Shown piece by piece: positions 37,301 to 47,200 of a DNA stretch of 64,000 nucleotides. The notes beneath the pieces are model-generated. The model searched no databases, was not told where the DNA came from, and saw nothing but the letters and a program-made list of their open reading frames with translations. Each line of letters begins with the position of its first letter. Positions within the stretch are counted from its first letter, which is position 1. A program made the translations under genes and the position numbers. Origin of the DNA: a virus; IMG/VR virus record IMGVR_UViG_3300031972_001405, positions 23,425 to 87,424 of that record; one strand, given 5' to 3'.

Positions 37301-39678
37301 GGGTTGAAAATCTTTTTCTTTGCCTTTACATTGAATTTTTTCTGAGTAGCATATGCGATAGCATTAGTATCCGTTGTCTTAGAAAGACCCACAAGAGTTG
37401 CATCCTTTCCATCAGTAGAAATAGCTACATTTCCTCGTGCCAGAGGTTGAATACTACCATCGGAATATGCAAGAACATATCTATCTTGCTGGAATGGTTC
37501 AAAGAAGAAATCATTTTCTGCCTGAGGTAAAGGCGCTGCATTCTCTGATACTGTTATCCCATTGAAGAATTTTCTGACAACGATATCAGAACCATTCAAT
37601 TCAATATTAGTTGCTGGAGACTTATGTAGAATCTCATAGAGGGTATTCTCATCCTTTGGTTCATACTCTGCTCTTGGAGCAATGAGTTCAGTAATTGTGG
37701 TTTGTACCTGAGGCAAACCACCCTCAAAGATTTTTCTAACAGTGCTAATACCAGCAACTTCAATCTTAAAGACACCAGACTCAGATTTGGCAACTCCGAC
37801 TACCTTGACAAGAGTTGGATCTGAGTTCCCCATAATTGGGAAAGCAAACATTTGACCTGGTGTTGCAATTCCAATTGGTTTGTTCGTAACAATTGTGGAA
37901 ATACCACCAGACTCTGCAGAAATAGTATAAGATTCGCCAACGAATAGTTTGGCGGCACCAAGAACAAGATCAGCGTTGAAAGTATTAATTCCAACTGAAG
38001 AACCTTGGAATATAGACTTTGCTTTATTAATACTGAGGTTTTCAAATCCAGAAACCGTCAGAGCATTATCTTCTCCATCAATCTCAATTGTCTCTCCTGC
38101 TTTGAAAATACCTTCAGCGTGTCTGATCGTAACAGTAGTGATGCCAGTTGTAGTTACGCCGACAGGTCCAACAATAAATCCATTAGCACCACTCTGCTCA
38201 CCCTCAATATGTGTTCCATCTTTAATTGCAAGATCTTCTAGAGTGCCCTGGAAAGTAATTTTGGCATAATTATCGATGTCATATAGACGCAGAGAATACT
38301 GAGTAGTCTGATCCTCATGAATTCCATCAAGGAGGTGGTAATCATATACACGCGCTTCACCGATAATGTTGCCAGAAGCAGTTGTGCTGATATTTCCAAC
38401 AAAATCATCACGGAACTGTACTGTAATAGTAGTTCCAAATCCTACTACTGGTGCTCCATAAACATTATGAACTTTCAGTACAGGTCCAACATCAATAGTA
38501 ACCTGCTCAGTTTCTACTGTAGAAGTATCTCTTGGCTTGTCAACGTCTATATTACTAGTGCTTAGTTTCTCAACTTCATATCCCTTCACATATGCTTTTC
38601 CTTGCCCGAGTTCATAGACCATAAGGTCATCGGTAGGAGTTGCTCCCTCATCAGTTTCTTCTGTAGGATCAAATACACCATCATTGCCTTTGAAATCATT
38701 CAAAGACTCTTCTACATCAAAGTCAAATGCCTTAACGTAATAGTTCCCACTTTCATCATAGGTTCTACGAGCCATCTCGTCCCGAATGTGCTTATACATC
38801 GGGTTTTCGGCTTGGAATTCTTGGACCTCGCCTTCTTTGATTCTAATTAATTCGACGAAATTAGCATCGTCGAAGTCATCAATATCTTTTCTTCCTAAAG
38901 TTGCTTCAATTCTAAGTCTATCTGCACCAGGAGCAGCATAGTTGTTAAATCCCTGAGCATTATCAAGTAAAGAGTCATCATCATATGCAGTGATAATCTC
39001 TTCTTCAATGAAGAGACCAACCCTATGAGACCCATCATTTGAATATTGCTCAAGAATAATCGACTGTTCGTCAACATCAACGAAATGTCCTCTAACAAAA
39101 TATACACCATCCTGGACTTCAACTGCTGAACCAGTTTCTACGGCATTGTTTGCAATCAATTTAGCAAACGCAGATCCGACTGGAATTACATTTCCAGCAT
39201 ATTCGATAGTATCTTCTACAAGAAGGAGATTTTCTCCATCTTTGAATGCCTGATTATTACCCTCGTCATCGTCACCATCATCCTCCATCTTAACATAAAG
39301 AGTCGTCACGCCCCTTTCAGACGACTCAGCAAAAAGAAAATCAACAACCTCAGCTTCAACAGTAGACGTAGCCCCCTTAATTTTAATCTCGTCTAACTGA
39401 TCAAGATAAGTTTCGACATCTACCCCATTAAAATCAGACTCGATTTGAATGGCAGTATAACCGTTATTATAAGAAACGTTTCCAGGAATGACCTTAGATC
39501 CTTCCTTAAAGAAGTGATTACCGAACTGCTCAATCTGATTTTGCAGCATAGACTGCACATTATTCAGTTCTCGCGCTTGAACTGGATGTGCAGGCTTGAA
39601 AAGAACCCGATAAAACTTATCATCAGGATCAAAATCATCAAAATATGGATTGTAGTTGAGGTTTGTTCTTAGGGGCAT
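31360..39678 (-). CDS. Large virion structural protein (DUF4815 / VrlC-like), 2772 aa
   Basis: PYFDDFD...FYRVLFKP..PVQARELN, APGADRL, ARRTYDESGNY, KRYTMKDI..LEKRI, DPLAQTF, LSPVIDL; follows gp8. Confidence 0.88.
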   Translation of the reverse strand: MPLRTNLNYNPYFDDFDPDDKFYRVLFKPAHPVQARELNNVQSMLQNQIEQFGNHFFKEGSKVIPGNVSYNNGYTAIQIESDFNGVDVETYLDQLDEIKIKGATSTVEAEVVDFLFAESSERGVTTLYVKMEDDGDDDEGNNQAFKDGENLLLVEDTIEYAGNVIPVGSAFAKLIANNAVETGSAVEVQDGVYFVRGHFVDVDEQSIILEQYSNDGSHRVGLFIEEEIITAYDDDSLLDNAQGFNNYAAPGADRLRIEATLGRKDIDDFDDANFVELIRIKEGEVQEFQAENPMYKHIRDEMARRTYDESGNYYVKAFDFDVEESLNDFKGNDGVFDPTEETDEGATPTDDLMVYELGQGKAYVKGYEVEKLSTSNIDVDKPRDTSTVETEQVTIDVGPVLKVHNVYGAPVVGFGTTITVQFRDDFVGNISTTASGNIIGEARVYDYHLLDGIHEDQTTQYSLRLYDIDNYAKITFQGTLEDLAIKDGTHIEGEQSGANGFIVGPVGVTTTGITTVTIRHAEGIFKAGETIEIDGEDNALTVSGFENLSINKAKSIFQGSSVGINTFNADLVLGAAKLFVGESYTISAESGGISTIVTNKPIGIATPGQMFAFPIMGNSDPTLVKVVGVAKSESGVFKIEVAGISTVRKIFEGGLPQVQTTITELIAPRAEYEPKDENTLYEILHKSPATNIELNGSDIVVRKFFNGITVSENAAPLPQAENDFFFEPFQQDRYVLAYSDGSIQPLARGNVAISTDGKDATLVGLSKTTDTNAIAYATQKKFNVKAKKKIFNPVNILTINRSSNPSSGIGSTTLNDGLIYDPNYAYGTRIQDDRICLLKPDIVDVYAVLESNDADDPDLPKLEFDSLNGPNSDTSDLIVGEELFGETSEEVALVVRIDSSTEIRVIMLSDGELRDGEQIRGSKSDVRGAVKDFTKGVKDIKDQYSVDQGRRRDYMNYGVLERIESRSDDAEATGGQAQRGMSIPDNRLTIIFSTFDIQEGDSGELITASSYAEEFYKEEIGFTQDVRQCDIIDYRPRVGAYDLNSTLSPLDQKSRNFAVAGLSAPNILVSDEQIQVTYDYYLSRIDRLYLTPDGDFQVVKGQSAEDPELPEGLDDGSMEIAAIGLPAYLFDVDDAKITLSEHKRYTMKDIAELEKRIKNLEYYYKLLMEEQDAMNIKITALINADADDPAGGGGGVDVPKVERPKAGVIVDSFQDFTTADQEDPEFKASIDKEEGELRPKHFTRILPLQLSQDGIILDEDDSDDEADKNDIKVVDFDDSDDGDVPEGLRRTGDVLTLDYQEVEYMSNPFATRTVRINPFRITYWFGRLRVWPRTDNWVTTKRFKVRNADLYGDFRAMRLSIGIGAQYGYNEIIWGSWLTELIGRRLRFGRRIRAIGGRKGYRKRVPKWWNERRGGLGRITKKQIRRARKRAIIRTGIASFRARKALRGAVARNLSNIEDKYLASGSGTRYIQSRNFRLRGSRMRPRARVWCYLNDKQMTGFTTPKLLRIRMRRGVFRVGERVVGYMPRRRRRWGWPRRNAKIVFRVAHPRHRYGNIRSGQTRRWRRNPNFRGTKYKLGLTYRRTGYGRNRIIPKRYTSSSRFLNVDLGTLASSRNPRYYGYISAGMVLRGQSSGAIAKVVHRRLKVRRGGVIDCSVFIPNPRWKPRKFKSGLVEFRLSSNRRNRWRRRPRTEAVHTVLCDGAVNKVTPVGTSLYPFIRHRARWYNGIFVGRHRAQYKIARRQLRRQINLLTGNAANPYTFGVGGRGQKAKIRNRILARRIARRAGQVLYRSAIRAERRRLAISRRLIKRGYLRDPLAQTFTIDEQPGIFVTKFDLYFQRKDKRFSVTAELRTCENGIPTDTIVPGTRVEIAPDDIRRSRYARNKTEVDFEEPVYLEGGKEYALVLDTDSRRYRVWISRMGEIDVTIRDDEVLRDRRGRSIFVRTAGYVDYTRLNKRERRRLSASRAAAVQESGEFQDRLRRVRNRRGPGGVTARVVEDAGRRDLARGSEFRVRGRLVETRRGLRLRLEKRGTGRRRRVYLRAIRRVNRRKVSQQPLTGQLFRSQAAGFWTPSRLEDLKWTLYRAQFDTSNPRTATFYNTPLNRGNRGIVSLDKNPLRTLHAAGKIALSQPLSGIETGFLKRGVVIKQPANPNFRAVIHRVESGVIESDAAVTIVKAGVGFTPTSGVATFVGVAFTTLNAWGIRHRQGEQLVGDVTVNDGSITNIDITSGGRDWQRNELVGISSIGGLGDGQIGRDFLGRVTGIGSGIVLRVGDVYGIPETGATGSASSLSFRTPTGITSALATGIAVSTFNNYRYWGGETIRIRARNHGMYDRDNQVRLRGLDPDSRPRKIKFDVDSIGTEDITVQGNMGIFNTFERVGVSTTNPGYAIIGDEVIEYTGVDGQKLVGITARGKDYTRRDYHEAGEEINRYELDGISLRRINTLHDFIPNQYSRSQRENTKMRSDHNWFDIDIDLTKKGVDRSGNASLPRLTFRKGKRCGGEDGVLTQNWTYSAITPNFHNLVFPNTKISGRMRSVTATSIDGNENSFQDAGYQPVEWGSINELDTLRMIPSRLNEVRKLDSTEFPGKRSFTMDVTLESADDKLSPVIDLDRASVVITDNIINKPYNGRYAGNKRVFKGKGRDDHEFIYVSKVLDLPTSATALQVRLDAYFPSRADIRMAYNIISPGDEDNGLYTLFPGYKNIDSKGNIIDEARNDGRPDKRVPRSEKDEFQAMKFSIDNQAPFTQFKIKVMCASRNQADPPRLTGLKIIALV

Positions 39679-39682
39679 TGCT

Positions 39683-41230
39683 TTAGAATTCTAAAATGAC
39701 TTTGATGTCTTCTTTTTGGTTGACAGACCTAGTTACCTGGGGTCTGTTATCGATATAAATGATGTCGCCTGTGTACTTTCGTACTTCTGGATCAGATACT
39801 CCAAGTTCAAAAGTTTGTCCAAGATTGTAAGTACGATTATTTATTGTGGTTGTAATACCACTAAACGACGTGTCAATAGCAACTGTTGCCGTTCCACCAT
39901 TAAGAGCGAAATCTCCATTAGTATCATCAATAAGAGAATTCTGGAATCTTAGAAGTTTGTTTCCAAACTCAACAGTTTCTCCAACAGTTTGTGCGACACC
40001 CAAAGTTCTATCTTGCCAATATTTGATAACACCAGTAGTGCTATCCCAAGAAATGACTCTACCAACAGCAGTAGAACCAATACCAATAGTTTGAGTAATT
40101 ACAGAATCTGGTACAAAATTAATGTCAGCAACATTCTGTGCAGTTACTTTTAACGCTCCTACTGCAGTTGCTCTAGATGATGTAAGAATATCGATAGAAT
40201 CATAAGCAAGAGGATCTTTTACAACACCAACTCTGGCAAATTGATTTCCAGTAATGAAATCTGGATTAGTATCATCATTATCCATCCTCGCATAAAGCAT
40301 GACTCGATTTCCACCAAGCTCTCTGTAAATGTCAGCTCCATGATTTCCCTGGGGAGGGACAATTACATTGAAGTTTGCTGGAGAAATTGAATTTGTTAAA
40401 CCAGCATCATCAAGATCTAGTGTTCCGAATGTATAATTACTTCCACCCTTCTCAATATCAACTGCCTCAATCTTTCCATCTGCATTCACTGTTACAGTCG
40501 CTGTAGCACCGTCTCCATCGCCTCTAAGAGGGACATTTGAGTATGATGTAGCAGTTCCATATCCAGCACCTCTATCAGTGATTGTAACTACCTTAATTTG
40601 TCCGCTAGAGGCAGCATTTTCTCTGATAGATTCTGTGGAATTATTAGAAAACCAGTTTGATGGAAGAGGAATATAACTAGAAGACTCAAATTTTACAATT
40701 TCTGATGGAGAAATAGTAAAAAGATATTTCCAAATATAACCATCACCACTACTTCCCGCAGAGCGTGGTTCAAGATCTGTGAATGTCGGCTCATCGAGAG
40801 ATGGTCTTCCATCTGGATTTTCTGGTGATACGCCATTACTCAAACAGATATAAACTCTGTAATCAGAGTTCATGACATAAAAATCTGAATCATATAGGTT
40901 TGTGGCACCTGTAACAGGAGAAGGATTGTTTCTACTGTAGTCATGACGATACATTTCATATGTTGTACCACTAGACCAGGTTATTTTTCTAATGATTTGT
41001 CTGACATCACCACCCTCAATTTTTTTGAGAGCGATCATAGTATCCCAGATATCATTCTCTTCGTCGAAAGAATCTATCGGAGCTGGTGGTTCAGTGTCCC
41101 AATCGGAAAGAATTTCCGTTGGGTTTGGAAGACCAATGAATGCATAGTAATTATTTGTAGTGGTGCCGACGCCAGCTACAAAATTACCAGCATTCAAGAT
41201 CCTTAATTGATCAGTGATGATTGCGGACAT
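39683..41230 (-). CDS. gp8: Baseplate wedge subunit
   Basis: MSAIITDQLRILNA, YVMNSDYRVYICL, DGYIWKYLF, QKEDIKVILEF. Confidence 0.93.
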   Translation of the reverse strand: MSAIITDQLRILNAGNFVAGVGTTTNNYYAFIGLPNPTEILSDWDTEPPAPIDSFDEENDIWDTMIALKKIEGGDVRQIIRKITWSSGTTYEMYRHDYSRNNPSPVTGATNLYDSDFYVMNSDYRVYICLSNGVSPENPDGRPSLDEPTFTDLEPRSAGSSGDGYIWKYLFTISPSEIVKFESSSYIPLPSNWFSNNSTESIRENAASSGQIKVVTITDRGAGYGTATSYSNVPLRGDGDGATATVTVNADGKIEAVDIEKGGSNYTFGTLDLDDAGLTNSISPANFNVIVPPQGNHGADIYRELGGNRVMLYARMDNDDTNPDFITGNQFARVGVVKDPLAYDSIDILTSSRATAVGALKVTAQNVADINFVPDSVITQTIGIGSTAVGRVISWDSTTGVIKYWQDRTLGVAQTVGETVEFGNKLLRFQNSLIDDTNGDFALNGGTATVAIDTSFSGITTTINNRTYNLGQTFELGVSDPEVRKYTGDIIYIDNRPQVTRSVNQKEDIKVILEF

Positions 41231-41268
41231 TATGCTAATGCGAAGAAGAGCAGTTCTTGTTGTTTTAT

Positions 41269-44200
41269 TTAGGTTAGATAATTGGATGATTTAAGTGGTT
41301 CCACTCTCTGGATTCTTGGTCCAGTAGATAGACCCGTCACACCATTATCAAGATGTGCTATAAATGCCTGTTCCTCTGGTCTAGTGAAGTTTGTAATCGC
41401 TCCCCAAGAGAACTTACCAAACATGGCAGAGGAACCGAATCCAATAACACCATCGTAAGTATTTACACTAACGGTGATTCGTCTAAAGTATGTAGATCCA
41501 ACACCAACGCCAGATCCAAACCCAACAGCATAACCAAACACATCGGTATAATCAATAACTTGATATACATTATCAAGACCAATGGTTCCTATGGCAACTC
41601 TTCCACCTTCTCTATCGTAAGAAGTATAACCAAATCCAGTAATATCTGTGCTAGAGGTTCCAGTAATTACAATGTATTGACCTGTGGTAATACCAGAGAT
41701 TGTTGTAATGCCAGAAGGACCTGTTACATCAGATTGTCTAAGAACAGAACCATGAGAGATAAGAAGATCAAATGTGATGCCAGTCGTAGCAACTCCAACA
41801 GATGCTGAACCAATGCCAGATACGATACCAAAATCACCTTGATATTCCACAGAAGTAAACGTTTCTCTCTTCAAATTATCCTTTTCAATAAGAATTGGGG
41901 GAAGTTGTTGGAATGTATATCCAGTTCCAGGAGATGTCATTGTAACAGAAGTAACAACTCCATTGGTAATAGATGAAGTTGCTTGAGCACGAGTTGTAGT
42001 TCCTAGACCTGCAGCAGCTGCGATGCTGACAGAAGGTGCTGTCACATAACCAAATCCACCATCTGTAATATCAAGAGAAAGAACTGTACCAAATCCAGAG
42101 ATAATAGCGGTAGCAGCTGCAGAGACCTTAGCGTCCTGCTCTACAATGAAAATATCTTGTTTTTCTCCAGCGAGATTTTCATTATAGTCATCAAAGATTG
42201 TATGCACACTATCAACATAAACGATAGTTGTATTTCCTATACCAACATTTTTCAGGAGATGTGCAGCTGGTTGAATTCTAGATTTGTATAGAGCTCTATC
42301 CTTAGTAACATAAGAACCATTTACAAACAAATCTTGTTGCTGCTTACACCATGTGATAGGTCTTTCAAATCTATTATCAGTAGAAATACCAACTCCGCTA
42401 TATGGAGTGGTGTTGATAGTATCAACAGTTTGAATACCAGTAACAATTCTTTGATCTTGATCAAAGATTCTGACACGATCAATTGTTGGTCTATTGAGTA
42501 ATTGAATAGAGTCCCCAACTTTTACAGTTTCCTCAATATCTCTGTTTACAACATCAACAGCACCAGTTCCCTTGTAGAAGAGAATTCTGCAAGTATCTCC
42601 AGGTATAGGAGCTTCAGTAAATCTGACTTGAGATCCACCGTTAAAGATATACGCTGCGTTTGGTTCTTGAAGAATATCATTAATAAAGATAATCAAGGTT
42701 TGTCTAACATCAATTAGAGAACCTCTCTTGGCAATAATTGAGAATGGAACATCATCCTTGGAGAGATTAAATACCTGAGTAGTTCCATTAAAGAGATCTT
42801 CAATATTGTCAAGTCCTTCTAACTGACCAAAGTGCCATCCAGTAAATGAATCGGATTCAACATTCTCAATAGTAACCTGGAACTCTCTAAAGTTGTTTCC
42901 AGCACTAGGATCTGTATTAACACCAGCAATAGATGAAGTATCAACAGTGAGAACTTCATCAACGTCATATCCATATCCATTATTAGTAATCTCAAATTCA
43001 ATGATTGAAGAACCTTGTCCAACAACAATAGTTGCAGTAGCATTAGTACCAATATTTCTACCAGTGCTCTCAGAACTATAGATTAGTGGCAAGTTAGAAT
43101 AACTTTGAGCATCATCAATAATTACAATTGGTGGGTTTGTAAATGTATATGCTGTTCCAGCATTATAAGTAGAATTAAATGTTACAGTAGAAATAGATCC
43201 ACCAGCAAGTGTAGCAGTACCAATTGATAGAACCTCTGCTGTATCAAGATCAGTAGTTCTTACGCCAACATTCACAGTAACTTCAACAAAATCTGAGTTA
43301 TAGAATGTTTGAATACCACTTCTATATCCAGATCCACTATTTCCAATAGAGATAGAATAGACTGTTCCAAATCCAGAAACAAGGGCTGTTCCTCCAGCAC
43401 TAATCAGAGGTTGATATCCAAATCCTCTGGTGGACCCAACAGCAGCGATAACACCACCAACGGGAATTGCACTAACGTTTGGATCGTATCCAACAGACGC
43501 TCCGTATCCAGAGAATGTAATACTTGTAATTCCTGAACTCTCTTCCAAAGTATAATCATTCAAAATTCCTGGTTTTTGGAAAATTTGATTAACAACAATC
43601 GCTGCATTGTTTGTAGAGATTCCAGATACATTCTCGGTTTCAGAAGTGAGAGTAAATTGTCTAGTAACACCATCAAAACTACGAGTCAAACTATCGAAGA
43701 TATAGTTGTCTTGATAAGTATGATCTCCAGATCCAGTGACGCCACTTCTAATGAATGATCTTCCAGTAAATGTAGATGATGTTTGAATTCCAGAGTAGTC
43801 AGTTTGATTGGGATCATCTGGAACTTCTTGAGGAGTCTGTCCAATCGGTGCTTCAACAAAGTTGAGCGTGTTTCCAACAATATTGAAGTCTCCAATCAGT
43901 TTTTCGATTGTCGATCCAGTTCCATGAACTTGGTTAGTAGTTCCCATCCAAGCACGGGTTACGAGGAAGATGTTTGTACTGCCAACACCAACAGAGTTAA
44001 CTCTAACAATTTCATCATCAATTCTAATAAGATCAGCACCAAAGATTGATGTGATACCAGACAACTTCATTTGAGATTGTGTCAGGTTCATGTTCTCAAT
44101 AAGAACATTAGTAACACCAGTTGCAACAATTGGTGATTGAATATTGTTATCTAAAGTTAGAAGCACTCTAGAGTTTTGATTTGAAGTTAAGAACGTATGA

Positions 44201-47200
44201 GATGTTCCAATACCAACACTAGTAAAGTTCAAATAGTTTGGAGTTGGTGCAAGAGCATCAGTAGCAGAACCAGCAACTCTGATTGAACGATCATCAACTT
44301 TAACAACAAATACTTCGGATGGTAATATGTCTGTCGAGACACCAGAAATAGTGGTTGTTACGATTCCAATGGAAGCAGTATTACCAACACCAGTCGGATC
44401 ATATGTTAGTTTCTCTCCAGTCACATAGAAGTGATCTGGGATAACGATTGAATCATTATCTACATCTACAATAGTATTTTCTGCACCGTTGAAAGTTCTA
44501 ACAAAAATTGGTCTTCCACCATTAAATAAACCAAATGATCTCTTAACGTCAGCAAGAGTTCCTGTATATGTTCCGTTAAGAGAAACAAACCTAGCAGTTC
44601 CATAATCTAGTTCTGGATTTCCCTCACCAGTTTGTGAAACGACTCCATGTTGAAGAACTTGAACTTCGTACTCATGAGTTTGATCATCAGGATCAAACGA
44701 CAAATCAATTCTATTCAAATCATCATTTCTTATCAAACTAACTGTTCCTAATCCAGAAACAGAGTCAACACTAACCATTTTGCCAAACTGAGTCAAATAC
44801 TCTTCACCACTATCAGTAATAGCCAATGCTTCTTCAAATTCAATATGATTAAATGTCTTATCTTTGATTCTCATTACATAATATGCACCCTTATAATTTG
44901 AAGGGAAAGAATGAATTGTAGAGATACCAGAACCTGCTGGGATTTGAACACTTCCAGCACCAAATTCAATTTGGTCAATAGCTTGAGTTGAGTATCCAAC
45001 AGTAGAAACACCTATCTTAAGTCTAGTCTCAAGGATGTTGACCACAATATCTTTTGTTTGATCTGGATGGTACACTAGGTTCATATTTCCATTAGAAATA
45101 TTACTAGAGAAAGTTCCTATACCAGAATCAATAGTGTACTTTTGAGGACTGAGATTGTTTATTCTACCAAACTCAAGTTCATACACATCAGTGCCATCAT
45201 GCATCAGAGAAATCTGATTAGTTTCATACTGAGATTCACCACTCTTTTCAGAAGTTGAAACAAAAACCTTAACGGCACTGAACATTGTTGTAGCAATGCC
45301 AACAATAATGTCACCATCTGTGGTTCCTGCTCCAATACGTCTTGTAGAATGTACGAACTCTGCAATATCACCAATTGTAGTGATTCCAGATACATTCAAG
45401 TTATTAACAGCTGGGATGAAGTCTTGAAGTTGCTGAGAGAATCCAAAGATCTCATAGTTATTCTCAGCAAACTTGGTAGGATAGAACTGAATTTGACCAG
45501 TAGATGCACTAAGACCGAAATCAAAAGCACCAAGATCAAGAACAGAACTAGTCAGAGCATACTGTGCTAGATATCCTCTAACATCATCATGTATGAAGTC
45601 AAAGACCATCGCTTGAACTTCATCGCTATAGCGAGTATCACGAATGAATGCATAATATCTTGCTGATCTAGTATCACCGATCAAGAAATCATCGGTTACA
45701 CTAAATGGAGTTTGTCTTGGAGTATTGCTAAACAGAGTGCTAATGTTATCAATAGCTAGAACTCTGTTACCAATTGATTCAACATAGTCAGTGATAATTC
45801 TATTATTGAAAATTACTTCATTTGATAGATTTCTTGGTCCAAACGAAATAGTTTTCTCAACACCAAGATCAAAATCATACTTACAATAAGTCTGAGCACT
45901 ATTTTCTAATGACAGACTAACTTCAACATCAGCAATTTCTGGTGTAGATACGGTAGCTGTACTCTCCTCAGATTCTGAGATGATTTGCATGTCGCCAAAT
46001 TTCTTAAATCCTAGCGCATGATTGAGAGAACTTACAGCATCACTCCATCTATCATATTCAATCTCAGACTTAATAACATATGAGAAGTTTTGATAGTAGA
46101 AGTTGTCATGAAGTCTTTGAGTATTCTCCGATAAGAATCCTCTTTGATCTATCCACTCTGCTCTCGGTGAACTTACAGCATCAACTACAAAATCAGAATC
46201 ATAATCTACTTTAGTACGAACAATTGCTTGTGCCTTAGATGATAATCCCCGAACCTTTTCTTTTTTAGAGAAGTTATCTTGAGATTGAACTTTGATAATC
46301 TTAGATACAGAATCCCAATAATCAACTTTACCAGATTTACCAGAGTTGGTTACAATAGTCTCACCAACTTTAAATTGAGTTGGAATTAACTCTGCATTAA
46401 ACTTGGGAAGATCCTGTGGGGGAATAGCTCTTCCATAAGATCTACTCGTAACATAGAGTCCAGGATATGTGACATCTCTGGGTAACTTATACGCAATAGA
46501 ACCAATTCCACCAAAGTTTTCATCAACTCCAATTACTTCAAATCTCTTGTAATTGTAGTCAGAAGAGTTATAACCACTTCCAGTAGAAGCGATACCAACG
46601 TTTTCTACAAGAACTCTATCTCCTAACTTGAATGGGAATGTATTAGATGTAGTAAATCCAACGTCAAATTTAAGAGTTACAATCCTTTCATTTGAATTAT
46701 ATTCTACTGTCTTAATTCCAACTCCATTTGAATTGTTGAGTGGTATAATAGTGGGATTAGCATTAGATAATCTAGTGCTATTTGACAAAATTCTAACGTT
46801 ACCAATAGAGGATCCAGTCAAACTAAACTTGAGTTGAATCTCTGGTATAAATTCTCCACTAGATCCATCAAATACTACAAACTCTGTTGGTGTAATGACA
46901 TAATTTCTTCCCCCAGTTTGAATACCAAGACTCTTAATGGTAAAGAGGCTGTCAACAGAAAGAAGTTCTGGGATATTACCTTTCGGTTTGAGAGTTGAAT
47001 CACTTGGATACCCCCAACCAACATCAATTAGTTTTTGACCCCTGATTTTACCAATACTTTTACTATTGGGTTTAATGATAGCACCAATTCCTTCAGAAGA
47101 AGCAATAGAAGTAATTCCAGGAAGTCTATTATATGAGAAACCACCGCTCTTTAGTTTGATATCTCTAATAGGACCTAGAGTATATTTTGAGTTGGTTATG